Shown piece by piece: positions 52,048 through 64,000 of a stretch of DNA of 64,000 nt (position 1 is its first letter; the number at the start of each line of letters is the position of its first letter). Source of the DNA: Paragordius varius (lineage: Eukaryota > Animalia > Nematomorpha); assembly GCA_964247055.1 (NCBI GenBank), contig OZ176051.1, positions 7,006,001 through 7,070,000 on the forward strand, written 5' to 3'. A model generated the notes under the pieces. That model was not told where the DNA came from. It did no database searches and saw only the letters and a list, made by a program, of their open reading frames with translations. Made by a program: the position numbers and the translations under genes.

Positions 52048-52179
52048 TCTAAATAAGTCCGCTTCTATTCTCTGTATATAACGATTTACTAATGCTCTAA
52101 TTGATGTTTGAAATAAATAAATTTTATTATCATTTATTTTATGTTTTCTTTCAATACATTCTTTTTGATTTAACCAATT

Positions 52180-52630
52180 TCAATTTTTGGGTTCAGTTTT
52201 AGGTTTCGTTGCACAATACTGAAATTATTAGCATTTAATCAAACCTTTAAATAGGCCACTATATGATGTAATCGTTGATCTGTGTAATCCATGTTTTCAA
52301 TTTCTGTCATATAGTCACTGATAATATCTACGCATTCGGAATAACCTCTCGTATACTGCTTATTCATCATACTTGCGATTTGATCGGCATTTATAACATT
52401 ACCTGGTATATTGATGATTTTGAAAAAATAGTTATACCTGATTGTAATACCGCAGGTCCTTTCTCCAAATACTTTAAGTAATTCATAATTGCTCTCAATA
52501 TATTTTGTGGTTCGCACTCATTTTTCTACATAATATAAATTATGAGAGATTTTAAAACGTCATGTTCAGGTAAAAATTTTTTGATTTCTTGTATCATTTG
52601 AATTAATGTTGCATCCGTGTCGGCACTCAT
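52180..52630 (-). CDS. Small HLH-Orange (Hey/HES-like) protein lacking a basic region
   Basis: Exons 52559-52630, 52438-52525 and 52245-52402 (optionally 52180-52218) join in frame through GT-AG introns of 33, 35 and 26 nt. Product: MSADTDATLIQMIQEIKKFLPEHD|KNECEPQNILRAIMNYLKYLEKG...|...KQYTRGYSECVDIISDYMTEIENMDYTDQRLHHIVAYLK. The last part matches the Orange pattern GyxEC...yL...D..r..lv.hL. Confidence 0.62.
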
Positions 52631-53757
52631 GATCAAAATCTTTATTAGTCAAATAAATTAAGATATTAACGAGTAAGCTTTTTAGAACATAAGGAATTAA
52701 TATGTTCTAAAACCATTTTTGCCAACATTTAACATAGAGTGACTGCTAAATCTAGAAACTTTTCTCTTATATATGTGTATGATTGTTAAGTTTCAAACTT
52801 TGATGATATTTTTCTTCATTACGGTCCCCCTGGAAATATTTTGAATTGGTAAAACAAAGGCTTTACACGTTCATACCAAAACTGATGTTTTATCAAGTTT
52901 GGCGTTTTGTTATGTTTTTTAGTAAAAATTTAAATTGTATGATCATTTAAAAATAAAACAATCTAAATTGTTCCATAATATACGATTACCAATAGATTAT
53001 TTTATACCTTTCCTATATTTTATCTCTCTTGAGTGTTTCAAAGATATTAGGAAGAACGGTAATATCTATGAACTTATTCAAGTATAAAATAATGGAATAT
53101 TTGTGTATAAAACTGTCTATTGATAATTGTTTTTAATCTTATTTTATTGTATTTTTTAAATTCTATCCTAAATTTAAAAGTTAATGAATCAATCTGGTAG
53201 TATATCAATCTGTAATTCAAACAACACGGGAAATTCATTCGTTTATTAAATTTTAGATTTTAGATGCCAAAAAAAAATAAGCAAATAATCACTCGCGGTT
53301 AAATTAATTTTAGTTCCAATACTTTATACATAGATTTTTACTATATACATATTTATATAGTTTACCTGTTCGAATTTTAATTTTCTTATTCACACATTTA
53401 TTTTTAAATTTATTAAAACTCAAACATAATGGGAAATAGTATCATTTTTAGGGAAGTTTAATGGATTATAATAAAATTATCAATAGGTTATAAGATAACA
53501 AAATTGCCATTGATTGATTATATTATATAATGCACCGCTCATAATTAAATCAGTATAATATGTATATAACTACATAAATGCAAAATATCGAAAAAAATCC
53601 AAATAAAATAAATTATGAATAAAAATGATTAGTTAGATTGAAAAATAGGTCAATTTACACGAATCTAAACTCAAAAAATTTTCTATTGCTTCATTGTAAT
53701 TTATATAGTATATACGTGTAAACTGCAACATAAAAAGTGATCAATCAATCAATCAAA

Positions 53758-53763
53758 TTTATT
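53758..53763 (-). terminator. AATAAA polyadenylation signal of the collagen IV gene
   Basis: AATAAA on the minus strand 15 nt after the stop of the extended reading frame. Confidence 0.5.
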
Positions 53764-53777
53764 CGATTGAAACAAAA

Positions 53778-56700
53778 TTAATAAACTTTGGATTTGTGAA
53801 CGTATGCTTGTTGTGGGTTTACATTTTTGGGTTGAATTTGTTGTTGTTGATGGAGTTGCTGTTGTTGTTGTTGATTATATTGCTGTTGTTGTTGACTATA
53901 TTGCATACGGGGGTCATGTGATCGGTTTCGAGGATCTTGACCCGCACCATAGGAAGAAGAGTAATACGATGTTCCGCCACTAGACTGCCCTTGGCCTCCG
54001 GGCTGGCCAGCAGCTACATATCCGTAAGGATAACTGGATCCTTGTTGACTCCCACCACTACTAGCTGCATATTGACCAGCAACACCGCTTTGACTATGTT
54101 GTCCGGCCCCTTGTTGAGAGGCATATTGTTGGGCTGAACCTGGCGGGTAATATGCACCTTGCTGTCCTAGTCCCTGTTGTTGTTGTTGTTGCTGAGAGGG
54201 ATAAGAGGGTCTTCTTGCAGCTGCCGCAGCATTATTGGGTAGTCCACCTTGAGCTGCTGTTGGAATCTGATAAGGGTACATATCTCCCCGACCTGTTGCA
54301 CCCGGATAACCAGGAGGAGGAGGAGGAGGAGCTCCACTGCCATCACGAATACAAACTTGACAGCGTGATACACGACTTCGGAGTTGTCCAGCTTTTAGGG
54401 TTTGAGCCTCGGGTTTCCTAAATTCGGCATCTCTATCAATGGTTGCTAACCAAAAACTGAGGGACGATGAGAAGTAATTGCACGTTCCCTTACCATGACA
54501 TTCTATAAAAGGTGAAGCTCGGAAATCTTCTAAGCAAGAGCCAGGAGATACTAACGATTGTCCAGTACCGTCAGCCCCGGCACCCGTATGCTAAATATGG
54601 GAAACATTAGATTTTTGAGTTGTTAAGAGCTTTTACGATAAATAATAATTTAAAATATATTATTATACCATAACAAAGCTATATCCATTCCATAGACCTC
54701 TCCATCCAGCTGGACAATTAGGTATTGTCATAGATTGGCTGTGTACTGCAATAACCTACATAGATACACACATATTATTAAACAAATACAAAAAACAGTG
54801 TGTGACCAAAATTAAAACGAATCCTGAAATTTATATATTGTAATATTAAGCGAATATACTTGAGCAGGCGTTTCACACACCACACATCGACTAATATATG
54901 GTTTAATTTCTTCAGCCGGGATCAATGACATGCTAGATTTCATTGGTTCTTCCGTAGATAACCAATAACTGTAATCATTCCTTGAGGCCACGTTACACAA
55001 ATTGTCTAGACTGCAGAAGAGGAAGGGCATAGTACTAAATTTGGTTAAACAACTTCCGGGTGAACCTAAATCTTGTCCGTGAGCTCGTTCATTGCCTTGA
55101 ACATGTAAAAGAGAATATCCTTCCCATAATGGATTCGTTCCTGATGGACATCTGGGAATCTCTGAAGATTGACTATGCCGTGTAAGGTAAAATCCACGAT
55201 TAGCGGCCGATGTTCCGGGTGGTCCTGCACTTCCAGGAAACCCGGGAGGTCCTGGGGGTCCAATTGATCCGGGAACACCTGAAAATAATTAAATGTATTG
55301 TACTTAATATTGAAAAAAAAAAGAACTGAAAAATATATAAATTGGTAAAGTTTTGATTTGCTGAGCTAGTACACCCAAAATATTATTTGAAGTGCATATA
55401 GTAAGGAAAATAAATATATCCAATTATATCCCATTATAAATTCCATCGATACGATTTAAGTTTTATACTGTGTAGATATTTTACCTTCGTATCCAGGTAA
55501 TCCAGGTTCACCTTTACCGCCAGGCATACCTGGTACCCCAGGTAATCCCGAAGGCCCAGGTTCGCCTTTGGGTCCAATGAAACCAGGAAGTCCAGGAGGT
55601 CCGGGTTTTCCAGGTTGACCGGGTGGACCTTGTAGTCCAGGCATCCCGGGTTCTCCTTTAGGTCCTTGAATCAACATGTTGGAAGCTATGGTTGGGCTTA
55701 AACCAGGTTCTCCTCTTGCCCCTTAATATCATAAATTCAAATAATTAATTTTATCAATATGTAAAATGGTGGAATCCCTAAGTAGGTAAATATTGTAGAA
55801 ATTTTATATATTAAGGGTATAGCGTGTGTTACCTGGCATACCATCCAAACCAGGTGCTCCATCCTTTCCAGGTAGACCAGGGAAGCCTGGTTCACCTTTA
55901 GCGCCGGGGAAACCAGGAGCGCCATCTTTTCCAGGGAACCCTGGAGCTCCGGCTTCACCTTTAGCACCTGGGAAACCCTAAAAATAGTAAATAAATTTAT
56001 GTGGCAGTAGATTTTTTGTGTCATTATCTTTTCAAATTCTTTTAAATTATTTAAAAGGAATCGAAAAGATATATTAGAATAAGCAGATGCTTTCTTTCGG
56101 AGACTATTTAAATAATTTTGGATATTATAAAATTTCAAGAGTGTAAAATTCTCATATTTCATTGCAACATTGCAAATGAATATTATTATAGCCACAATAA
56201 AAATATAATCAAAAAATCAAATTATCATTATGATTGTTTATGCTAATTTCATTATAATATTTATGATATCTCATTAATATGTACAGGTGATCCGGGTGGA
56301 CCTTGAGGACCCGCACTACTCATACCAGGAAGACCTGCTTCACCTTTAGCTCCTGGTAATCCAGACAAACCGGGGAAACCGGGATTACCTTTAGGTCCAA
56401 CAGGACCGGGTAAACCTAGAAAAGTAATAGCGTTACTAAATTTACTACGACAAAGGATGAGGGAGATATTTATTCGATATTCTGTTTACATACCTGGGGC
56501 TCCCGGAAAACCAGCATCTCCTTTTTGACCAGGGAATCCAGGGGCTCCCTGTAAACCAGCCCCTGGTAATCCGGGCAAACCATCCTTACCAGGATAACCG
56601 GCATCTCCCTTTTCACCTTTCTGGCCAGGCATACCTGCCAGTCCTGGGAAACCAGGTTCGCCTTGTAAACCGGGTGCACCTAAAAATATTAGATAATATA

Positions 56701-59700
56701 TATGATGCATGATTATGAAAATCATCATCGTAATTTTATACCATACTGAAAAAAATAAATACATTAAATAATCGTGTGTTTTACCTGGAGTCCCAGGTGC
56801 GCCAGATAATCCATCTAATCCTGGTGCTCCCATGGGCCCAGCTGGACCTGGCAAACCATCTAATCCGGGTAAACCGTTAAGACCAGGGTTTCCCTTTTGA
56901 CCGGGAAGTCCGGGTAATCCGGCCAGCCCTGGTTCGCCTTTGGCTCCAGGCGCACCAGGGAATCCTGGGGCCCCATCTTTTCCAGGAGCTCCCATTGGTC
57001 CAGGCGGAGCCGGCATACCTATTACAAAAGTAATGAATTTTCACAAACTGTTTCCCCCATTTTTATGTAGTTTGCAGCTTAATGTTTTCATAACCCGGAA
57101 GCGTTATAACAAAAAACGCGTAATATAATTAGATTTAAGAATCACTGCAAGTACTAATTTTTAATATATTGTAATTACCAGGTGCACCAACTTCTCCCTT
57201 TTTGCCAGGGAGTCCAGGTTGTCCCGATAAACCATCCAAGCCTCTGTCACCTTTTTGCCCAGGATAGCCATTCAAGCCGGGTAATCCAGCATCACCCTGA
57301 TGTAATTAAAAGTATTACTATCAAATTTTGGGAATATTAATTTTAGGATTATTTTATTAAAATTAAAAAAAACCTTCAGTCCAGAAAGACCTGGTAGGCC
57401 TGGGTATCCAGCATCTCCTTTAGGTCCCTGTGGACCAGGTTTTCCAGGCATGCCAGGTGCACCGGCCAAACCAGGGAATCCTTGATCACCCTTTTGACCA
57501 GGATAACCTATACAAAAAAATTTTGTTTTTTATATTATAAATATAAAACTATTTAATCATAATTTAATAAGCCATTTATTTTAGATTGTGAGTGACAATG
57601 ACCAAAAAATATTTGTCGAAAGCATCATTTTATACCTGGAGCACCATCCAATCCCCGATCTCCCTTGGCACCAGGGGCCCCAGGGAACCCTGATAGTCCA
57701 TCTTTCCCGGGTTGTCCTTGTGCCCCGGGCAAACCAGGAGCTCCATATCCAGCATCTCCTTTTGGACCTTGAGCGCCTGGAAGACCTGGTAGGCCAGCGT
57801 CACCAGGAGCCCCAGCAAGACCTATCAAAAACATGTATTATGGGGAATTTTATGGAAAAATTACATAATGGTTTGAAAAACAATAGGAATATGTATAAAT
57901 TTTAACGTATCCAAGAATATCCAAATAATTGTTACCTGGGAATCCGGCCTCGCCTTTAGCACCAGGGTATCCTGGCATACCTGCTTCCCCAGGAAGACCA
58001 GGTGATCCAGGCAATCCATCCATTCCTCGTTCACCTAGTATACAAATCAAAATTTGTTACATAAATATTTTTAAATCGTGCTTCTTTATCATCTAATATG
58101 TATACTTTTTAGCTTATTCAAGGAATGCAATCGAAAATTTACCTTTAGCTCCTGGAAGGCCAGATGTACCAGGGAAACCTTCTTTTCCAGGGTAACCAGC
58201 TTCACCTTTCATACCAGGTAAACCGGGAAGACCATCTTGTCCAGCTGCTCCGGGATAACCACTAGCACCAGGATTGCCTTTTTGACCAGCCAATCCTATT
58301 TTTTTCATTTTTTAAATAGTGTTTTTTAGTTATAGATAATATAAGCAAAATATGAATTAAAATGCATTCTTTAACATCCAATCATCCAAAAAGGTATATT
58401 ATAAAAAGAAAGAATTGAAAATCATATCCATTTAAAATTTATTATGCTAATTTTCGAAAAATGGGGTTTTAATTATACTTACCAGGTAATCCAGGTAATC
58501 CTTCTTTACCAGGAGCACCGGGAGCTCCAGGAAAACCGTCTTTTCCAGGGGCTCCTGGGTATCCATCTAATCCGCGATCCCCCTTCAGTCCAGCTAAACC
58601 AGGGAAACCAGGTTCGCCTTTGGCTCCGGGGAAACCAGGCGCTCCAGGAGCTCCTATCAATACAAATAATAATATAAAGGTTAGTATTTAATTGGTATAT
58701 TCGTTTGGTGTTAAAAACGGAAAATGCAGAGCAATCCATAATCAAAAAATACCAAACCGTCTAATCCTGGTGGCCCTTGTAAACCAGGTGTTCCAGGATA
58801 TCCGATACCATTATCACCTCTATCTCCCTTTTGTCCAGGGAATCCTGGCAATCCATCGGCTCCGGGAAATCCTATTGCGGGATTTTAAACAAATATGATT
58901 TCAAGTTTTAAGCAATAAAAAAGGTTAATATTTCTTCAAAAAAGTCATACCGGGTTCCCCTTGTTTACCAGGCAAACCGGGAGCTCCGGGTAGACCATCT
59001 TTTCCAGGGTAACCTGAATCACCCTTTTGACCCGGAAGACCGGGAAGTCCTGGTGTGCCTTGCACTTGATTAACTGCACCTGGAGGTCCAGGATTACCCT
59101 AAATATTATAAAAATTCAATTAGAAAACGTATAAAATAATATTTGTTATGTTTTTATATGCTTATTTAATAAGAAGATTTAGACAAGAATAGATATGACC
59201 GACTTGATCCACATAACCATTCAATTTACCTTTTGTCCAGGCATTCCCATTAAACCTGGTTCACCAGGTGCACCCATGAGTCCAGGCGTACCAGGATTTC
59301 CAGGAAGACCAGCTAAGCCGGGGAAACCTTTATCCCCAGGGGGACCTCTTAAACCTGCACTTGCTTGTCCAGGTAAACCAGGGGGTCCTTGAAGACCAGG
59401 TAATCCATCTATACCAGGTTTTCCGGGTTGACCAGGAGAACCTATACGACATAACATAAACAAGCATTAGATTTGAGATAATTAAAGACAAATTGTTTTA
59501 ATATAATGTGACTTTTATATAATAATCCAACCAAAATATACCGGAAAGTCCAGGGAAACCAGCGTCTCCTTTAGGTCCAGGTAAGCCAGGCGCTCCTGCT
59601 AAACCCGGGTATTGATCCAATCTAGCGGGTTCACCCTTAGCACCTGGGAATCCAGGTGCCCCAGGTAAGCCAGGCAATCCAGGTTCTCCCTTAGGACCAG

Positions 59701-62700
59701 ACAAACCCGGGGTCCCTGGGTAAGATGCTCCTGTTTCACCTTTGGCTCCGGGAGCGCCCGGTAATCCTGGAAGTCCATCTTTACCGGGTAAGCCATCAAA
59801 ACCACGATCACCCTGTATAGATTTATTTGTGTGTATGGAGAAAATATATGTGATATACTATCGCTGTTTAATTAATATTTTTCTCCTGCTACATTGCAAC
59901 CAATTTTATTGAAACTGGTTTTTTAGATTAGTTTGTTAGTATATTGCACAAAGGATCGATCTTTTGCAAATACATGATTAAAGTACAATTAATATCTCTC
60001 ATGAATTATATTTTCTTACTTTAGGCCCAGGGGCACCAGGGGCGGCAGGCAAACCGGGGGCTCCGGGGAACCCATCTTTTCCTGGCGCTCCAGGCAATCC
60101 GGGGAAGCCGCCATCCCCTTTATCGCCTTTGATTCCAGCTGAAGCTGGGGGATATACAACTTGACCCGCTTCTCCTTTGGCTCCGGGGATACCAGGTTGA
60201 CCATCACGTCCGGGAGGACCCTACAATAAGCAAATATATGTTGCAATAATATTTTTCTATTGTTTTCACATTTAAAAGTTAATAAAAGGCTTATTGTGAT
60301 AAAAATGATTAAAGATTTGTGTAACATTATGATCGAAAACATTAACTAAAATGTTTAAACAAACACTTCATGGATAAAGTATAAACTTACCGGAATACCA
60401 TCAAAACCAGGGGGTCCAGCCTCTCCTTTGTCCCCCTTTTGTCCAGGATTTCCACGGAAACCTTGAGGACCGGGTTCTCCGGGTATACCTTAAGACGAAT
60501 AAAAAAGAAACATATCATAAATTTTTGATTTACAATCCATAATTTTATAATGCTAAATTATGAAAATAGGCTAAAACACGATGAAAAATCGCTATAAAAA
60601 ATAATAGGAATATTGATTTTGAGAAAAAAATATTTTTTATTAATTTTATTTTTATTTCAAACATGAAGGTTCCCCTAATATACCTAGCTAATATCCAGGT
60701 TGTTTTATAACACAAAAAACTTTAGAATAGAATATGTGGTTTAATTATCAAAATTATATGCAGTTAGCAGCTTTTGTAAAAACACTGTAAAATTATATGC
60801 CTACTCAAAAATTTATTATAGGTAATGAATGTTAAATCATATAAACTTATAGATTAAATCTCTACCGGGTATTCCCATATCTCCACGATCACCAGGTAAG
60901 CCCGGGAGCCCATCCAAGCATTGGCGACATTCAGTTCCGCGTTCACCCTTGCCTCCCATCGGACCAGGAAGGCCATCTAAACCAGGGATTCCTGGATTTC
61001 CAGGCGGTCCTGGAGGACCGGAGGGACCGGGTGGCCCAACCAAACCAGTTCCTTGACCGGGTAAACCCGACGAACCTATTTAAAATATATATATATTCAA
61101 GAGTATAAATGACACGAGGGACTAATTATTAGTTTTTCCTAAATTATTGCGTAAATAATATGATTAGCCGATTGGAGCATTTTAAAATATGCATTTATTT
61201 CGTTTTTTTACCTTTTATTAAGCTATCGGCATTAGGACGAACTAGCTATCTAAAGTTACTCACACTGTATTTTATTAAATACTTTTAGCTAATAAAATAA
61301 GTTATTGGAGAGACAGATATAATTGAGTATATTTGACTAAAAATCAATCGAATTTCGATAAAATACATAGAAATCATACCAGGAAGACCGGGATCTCCAC
61401 GATAACCAGGTAGCCCTGGTAAACCATCTTTTCCAGGCCGTCCTTCAGGACCAGGGGGTCCAGACAAAGAATATCCCGGTGGACCTTGATCTCCTTTGGG
61501 TCCAGGGAACCCAGGTGTTCCGGGCAAGCCAGCTGGTCCGGGAAAACCGGGTGCACCTTAAAACATTATGCCATGAATTAGGTTTTATCCAATTTGCAAA
61601 CAAAATATTTACTAAATTTTAAACGAAAAGAATTTAATATAAACCATCGATTCCGGGATTCCCTTTAATTGAAAGACCGGGTAACCCAGGGGAACCTGGG
61701 AGTCCATCTCGGCCAGGGGCACCTGGTAGTCCTTGTAAACCAGGAAGGCCAGGCAATCCATCAATACCTATTTAAAGGGAAAAAAATATCAATAGTTAGT
61801 TGCCATATTTATTAAATATATTTATTTTTCTTTTATTGTAATTTGAGAGATTGGTTTTTGCGATATTATAATAATATATTTTTATTTATGATTGTATGAC
61901 AATTTTTTAGTTAAAGTGTAAATTTTTATCGTCTTCACGTATATTTTTTGCATTTATATGAGTGGTTTCATCAAATATTTGTTTAATTTTCTCTTCAAAA
62001 TGTGTTACATTAAACCTTACAACTAACCTATGCAATTAATGATGATATACTTAATCTTTGAATAAATATAAATCTGATGAGACTGTTATAACTAATGCTC
62101 ATAAAATCGTTAACTGATTGTTAACAGTAAATAAATTTGAAATCAAGTTTACTAAGGAATTGTCCAATATTTTAAAATATACAATAAAACTTTGCTATGA
62201 TTTTACAATTCTATGTCTTAAAAAGCCGTTAAATAAAATTGTACAATAAATTATTATATATGTTTTAAGTTGTAAAGATAGAGCTAAAATTTATCATTTT
62301 AACATTTTAACCTGGCAATCCCGGAGGTCCGGGTAATCCTTCGGGCCCTTGGGGACCCATTGGTCCTTGGACTAATTCCCCTTGGCTTGGAGGACCAGGT
62401 GGACCCTTTATTTAAAGAGAGAGATTAAAAATAATTGTTTGCAGAATTTCGCATAAACATAAACGACTGAACTTATGTGCATTTTAATTTTTGAAACAAT
62501 ATTTTACCCATTAGTGTGTTGTTTGTTTGTATTATATTGTACATATTATGTATGAATAAACTTACTGGGGCTCCTTGTGGACCAGGTCGACCTTCGAATC
62601 CTTGTTCACCTTTAGCTCCCTAAAATTATTTGTAATATAAAAAAATTCTATTAAATTACTAATTTTGTAGCAAAATATACCATTTACAATTCAATTTCAC

Positions 62701-63676
62701 CCTTAAACAATTCAATTTCACCCTTGAACAATTCAAATTCACCCTTAAACAATTCAAATTCACCCTCGAACAATTCAAATACACCCTCAAATAAAATATA
62801 AGTTTTTTAAGATTAAAAAAACATATATTTCGTATTAATAATTAGTTATATGAGTTCGAAAACACGTAATTTATTTTTAGGGTGAATTTGAATCGTTTAA
62901 AGGTGAATTTGAATTGTTCAAGGGTAAATTTGAATTGTTCGAGGGTGAATTGTTCGTGAATTTCAAGGGTGAATTTGAACTGTAAATGGTAAATATATTT
63001 AATCTTCCAAAGTTTTAATCTTCTAAACTTTTAAAAAGCAATCAAGAAGTATTTATAAAATGATTACCGGTCTCCCAGGCATACCAGGTGCACCAGGATA
63101 TCCAGATTCTCCTTTGGGACCTTTTTCACCCAATGGCCCGATCGGACCATCTCTTCCTCGTTTACCCTAAATAGGATAAATACTTGCAAACCATACAAAT
63201 ATTAATTACAATAGATTTAAATCGTCTCCGACTTTCGAAAAGTATTACTTTTTTTTCATGCAGAGTTAAAACTAAGAAACGTAAACCTAATAAAGACAAA
63301 TATTAATATTATAGGGATGACAATAACAAATGTAATATAAAGATGATCACATTTTTTTAAACATACTTATAACTTAAATGATAATAATTTAACGTGTAAT
63401 TCAAAGTTCCAAATTTCAATATATCGCAACCCCAAACGATAGGTTACATTAGCAAATAACTAAGTTTTCAAATGTGTGGCTGTCTTTATAAGTTAAAATA
63501 ATATTTGTCTTTATAATTTTAATTTTTACTTTAAAAAAATAGGCTGTAAAAAAACTTACCCGTTTACCAGCTGGTCCAGGTAATCCCTTTTCCCCAGGAA
63601 GACCGGGGAGGCCAGGAATTCCATCTTTTCCTGGTCCGCCGGGGTAACCAGGTGCGCCGGCATCTCCTTTTTCGCC
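53778..63676 (-). CDS. COL4A1: Collagen type IV alpha chain (alpha1-like NC1), about 27 exons in window, 5' end beyond 64000
   Basis: Many Gly-X-Y exons with interruptions ([21 protein letters not shown]). NC1: GFYLTRHSQ...[10 protein letters not shown]...[31 protein letters not shown]...ISRCVVCE|VIAVHSQ...|[39 protein letters not shown]...[24 protein letters not shown] and ECHG-xGTC spacing are alpha1-type. Confidence 0.95.
62678..62991. mobile_element. Foldback-like element: TIR plus inverted arrays of a ~21-bp unit
   Basis: TACCATTTACA / TGTAAATGGTA ends; (AATTCAAATTCACCCTYRAAC)n at left, mirrored at right. Confidence 0.75.
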
Positions 63677-64000
63677 CTAAGTTTAATTATTTTAAAAAAA
63701 ATTTATCATAGATTGTACATATCAATTTACATGTGAAATACATACATGATGTACATTTATACTGGCTTATTCACATTATTGTTAGTCAATTTGTAATGCA
63801 GTAGCGTGTGTTGGAAAAGAAATTGGGTCCATAATTATAAACAAAGTTATGTAAAGAGAGAGAGCGAAAAATTGTTTAATTTCAACATTTAGTTGTTTTT
63901 TTCCATACAATACTGTATGTATGTATTGTCAATCGACTAACTATAATGTGAATAAACCAGAATAAATGTACATACATGCTAAATAATGTAATTCGTCAAA

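Noticed and set aside
54152-61556. Numerous alternative-frame and antisense ORFs over collagen exons
   Set aside because: Gly-X-Y codon periodicity leaves other frames open; no independent signal.
63677-64000. Head-to-head alpha1/alpha2 collagen IV gene pair
   Set aside because: The gene's 5' end lies outside the window, so this cannot be assessed.

Overview
AT-rich, intron-containing animal (invertebrate) genomic DNA; the species cannot be named from sequence alone. Seven spliced genes are supported. In order: Enhancer of polycomb (-, runs off the left end), OSR1/SPAK-type STE20 kinase (-), a GPI-type Ly6/uPAR three-finger gene missed by the ORF track (+), AF10/ZFP-1-like PZP plus OM-LZ protein (-), SYF1/XAB2 (+), a tiny HLH-Orange gene (-), and a type IV collagen alpha1-like chain (-, runs off the right end). 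Introns and intergenic DNA hold TTAA-flanked, hAT and Tc1/pogo-type MITEs, a foldback-like family, a decayed mariner and an RTE fragment. The most unusual observations are: (1) the collagen IV NC1 domain reads through without a stop into a 190-aa Gln/Gly/Tyr/Ser-rich tail with a GRGD motif; (2) a Hey/HES-like HLH-Orange protein lacks the basic region and WRPW/YRPW; (3) 23-35 nt spliceosomal introns occur alongside kb-size introns; (4) the AF10 and SYF1 start codons are head-to-head only 65 bp apart; (5) two genes carry tandem copies of an exon/intron boundary inside an intron. All alignments were done by eye against remembered reference proteins; no database search was run, and some exon edges are approximate.
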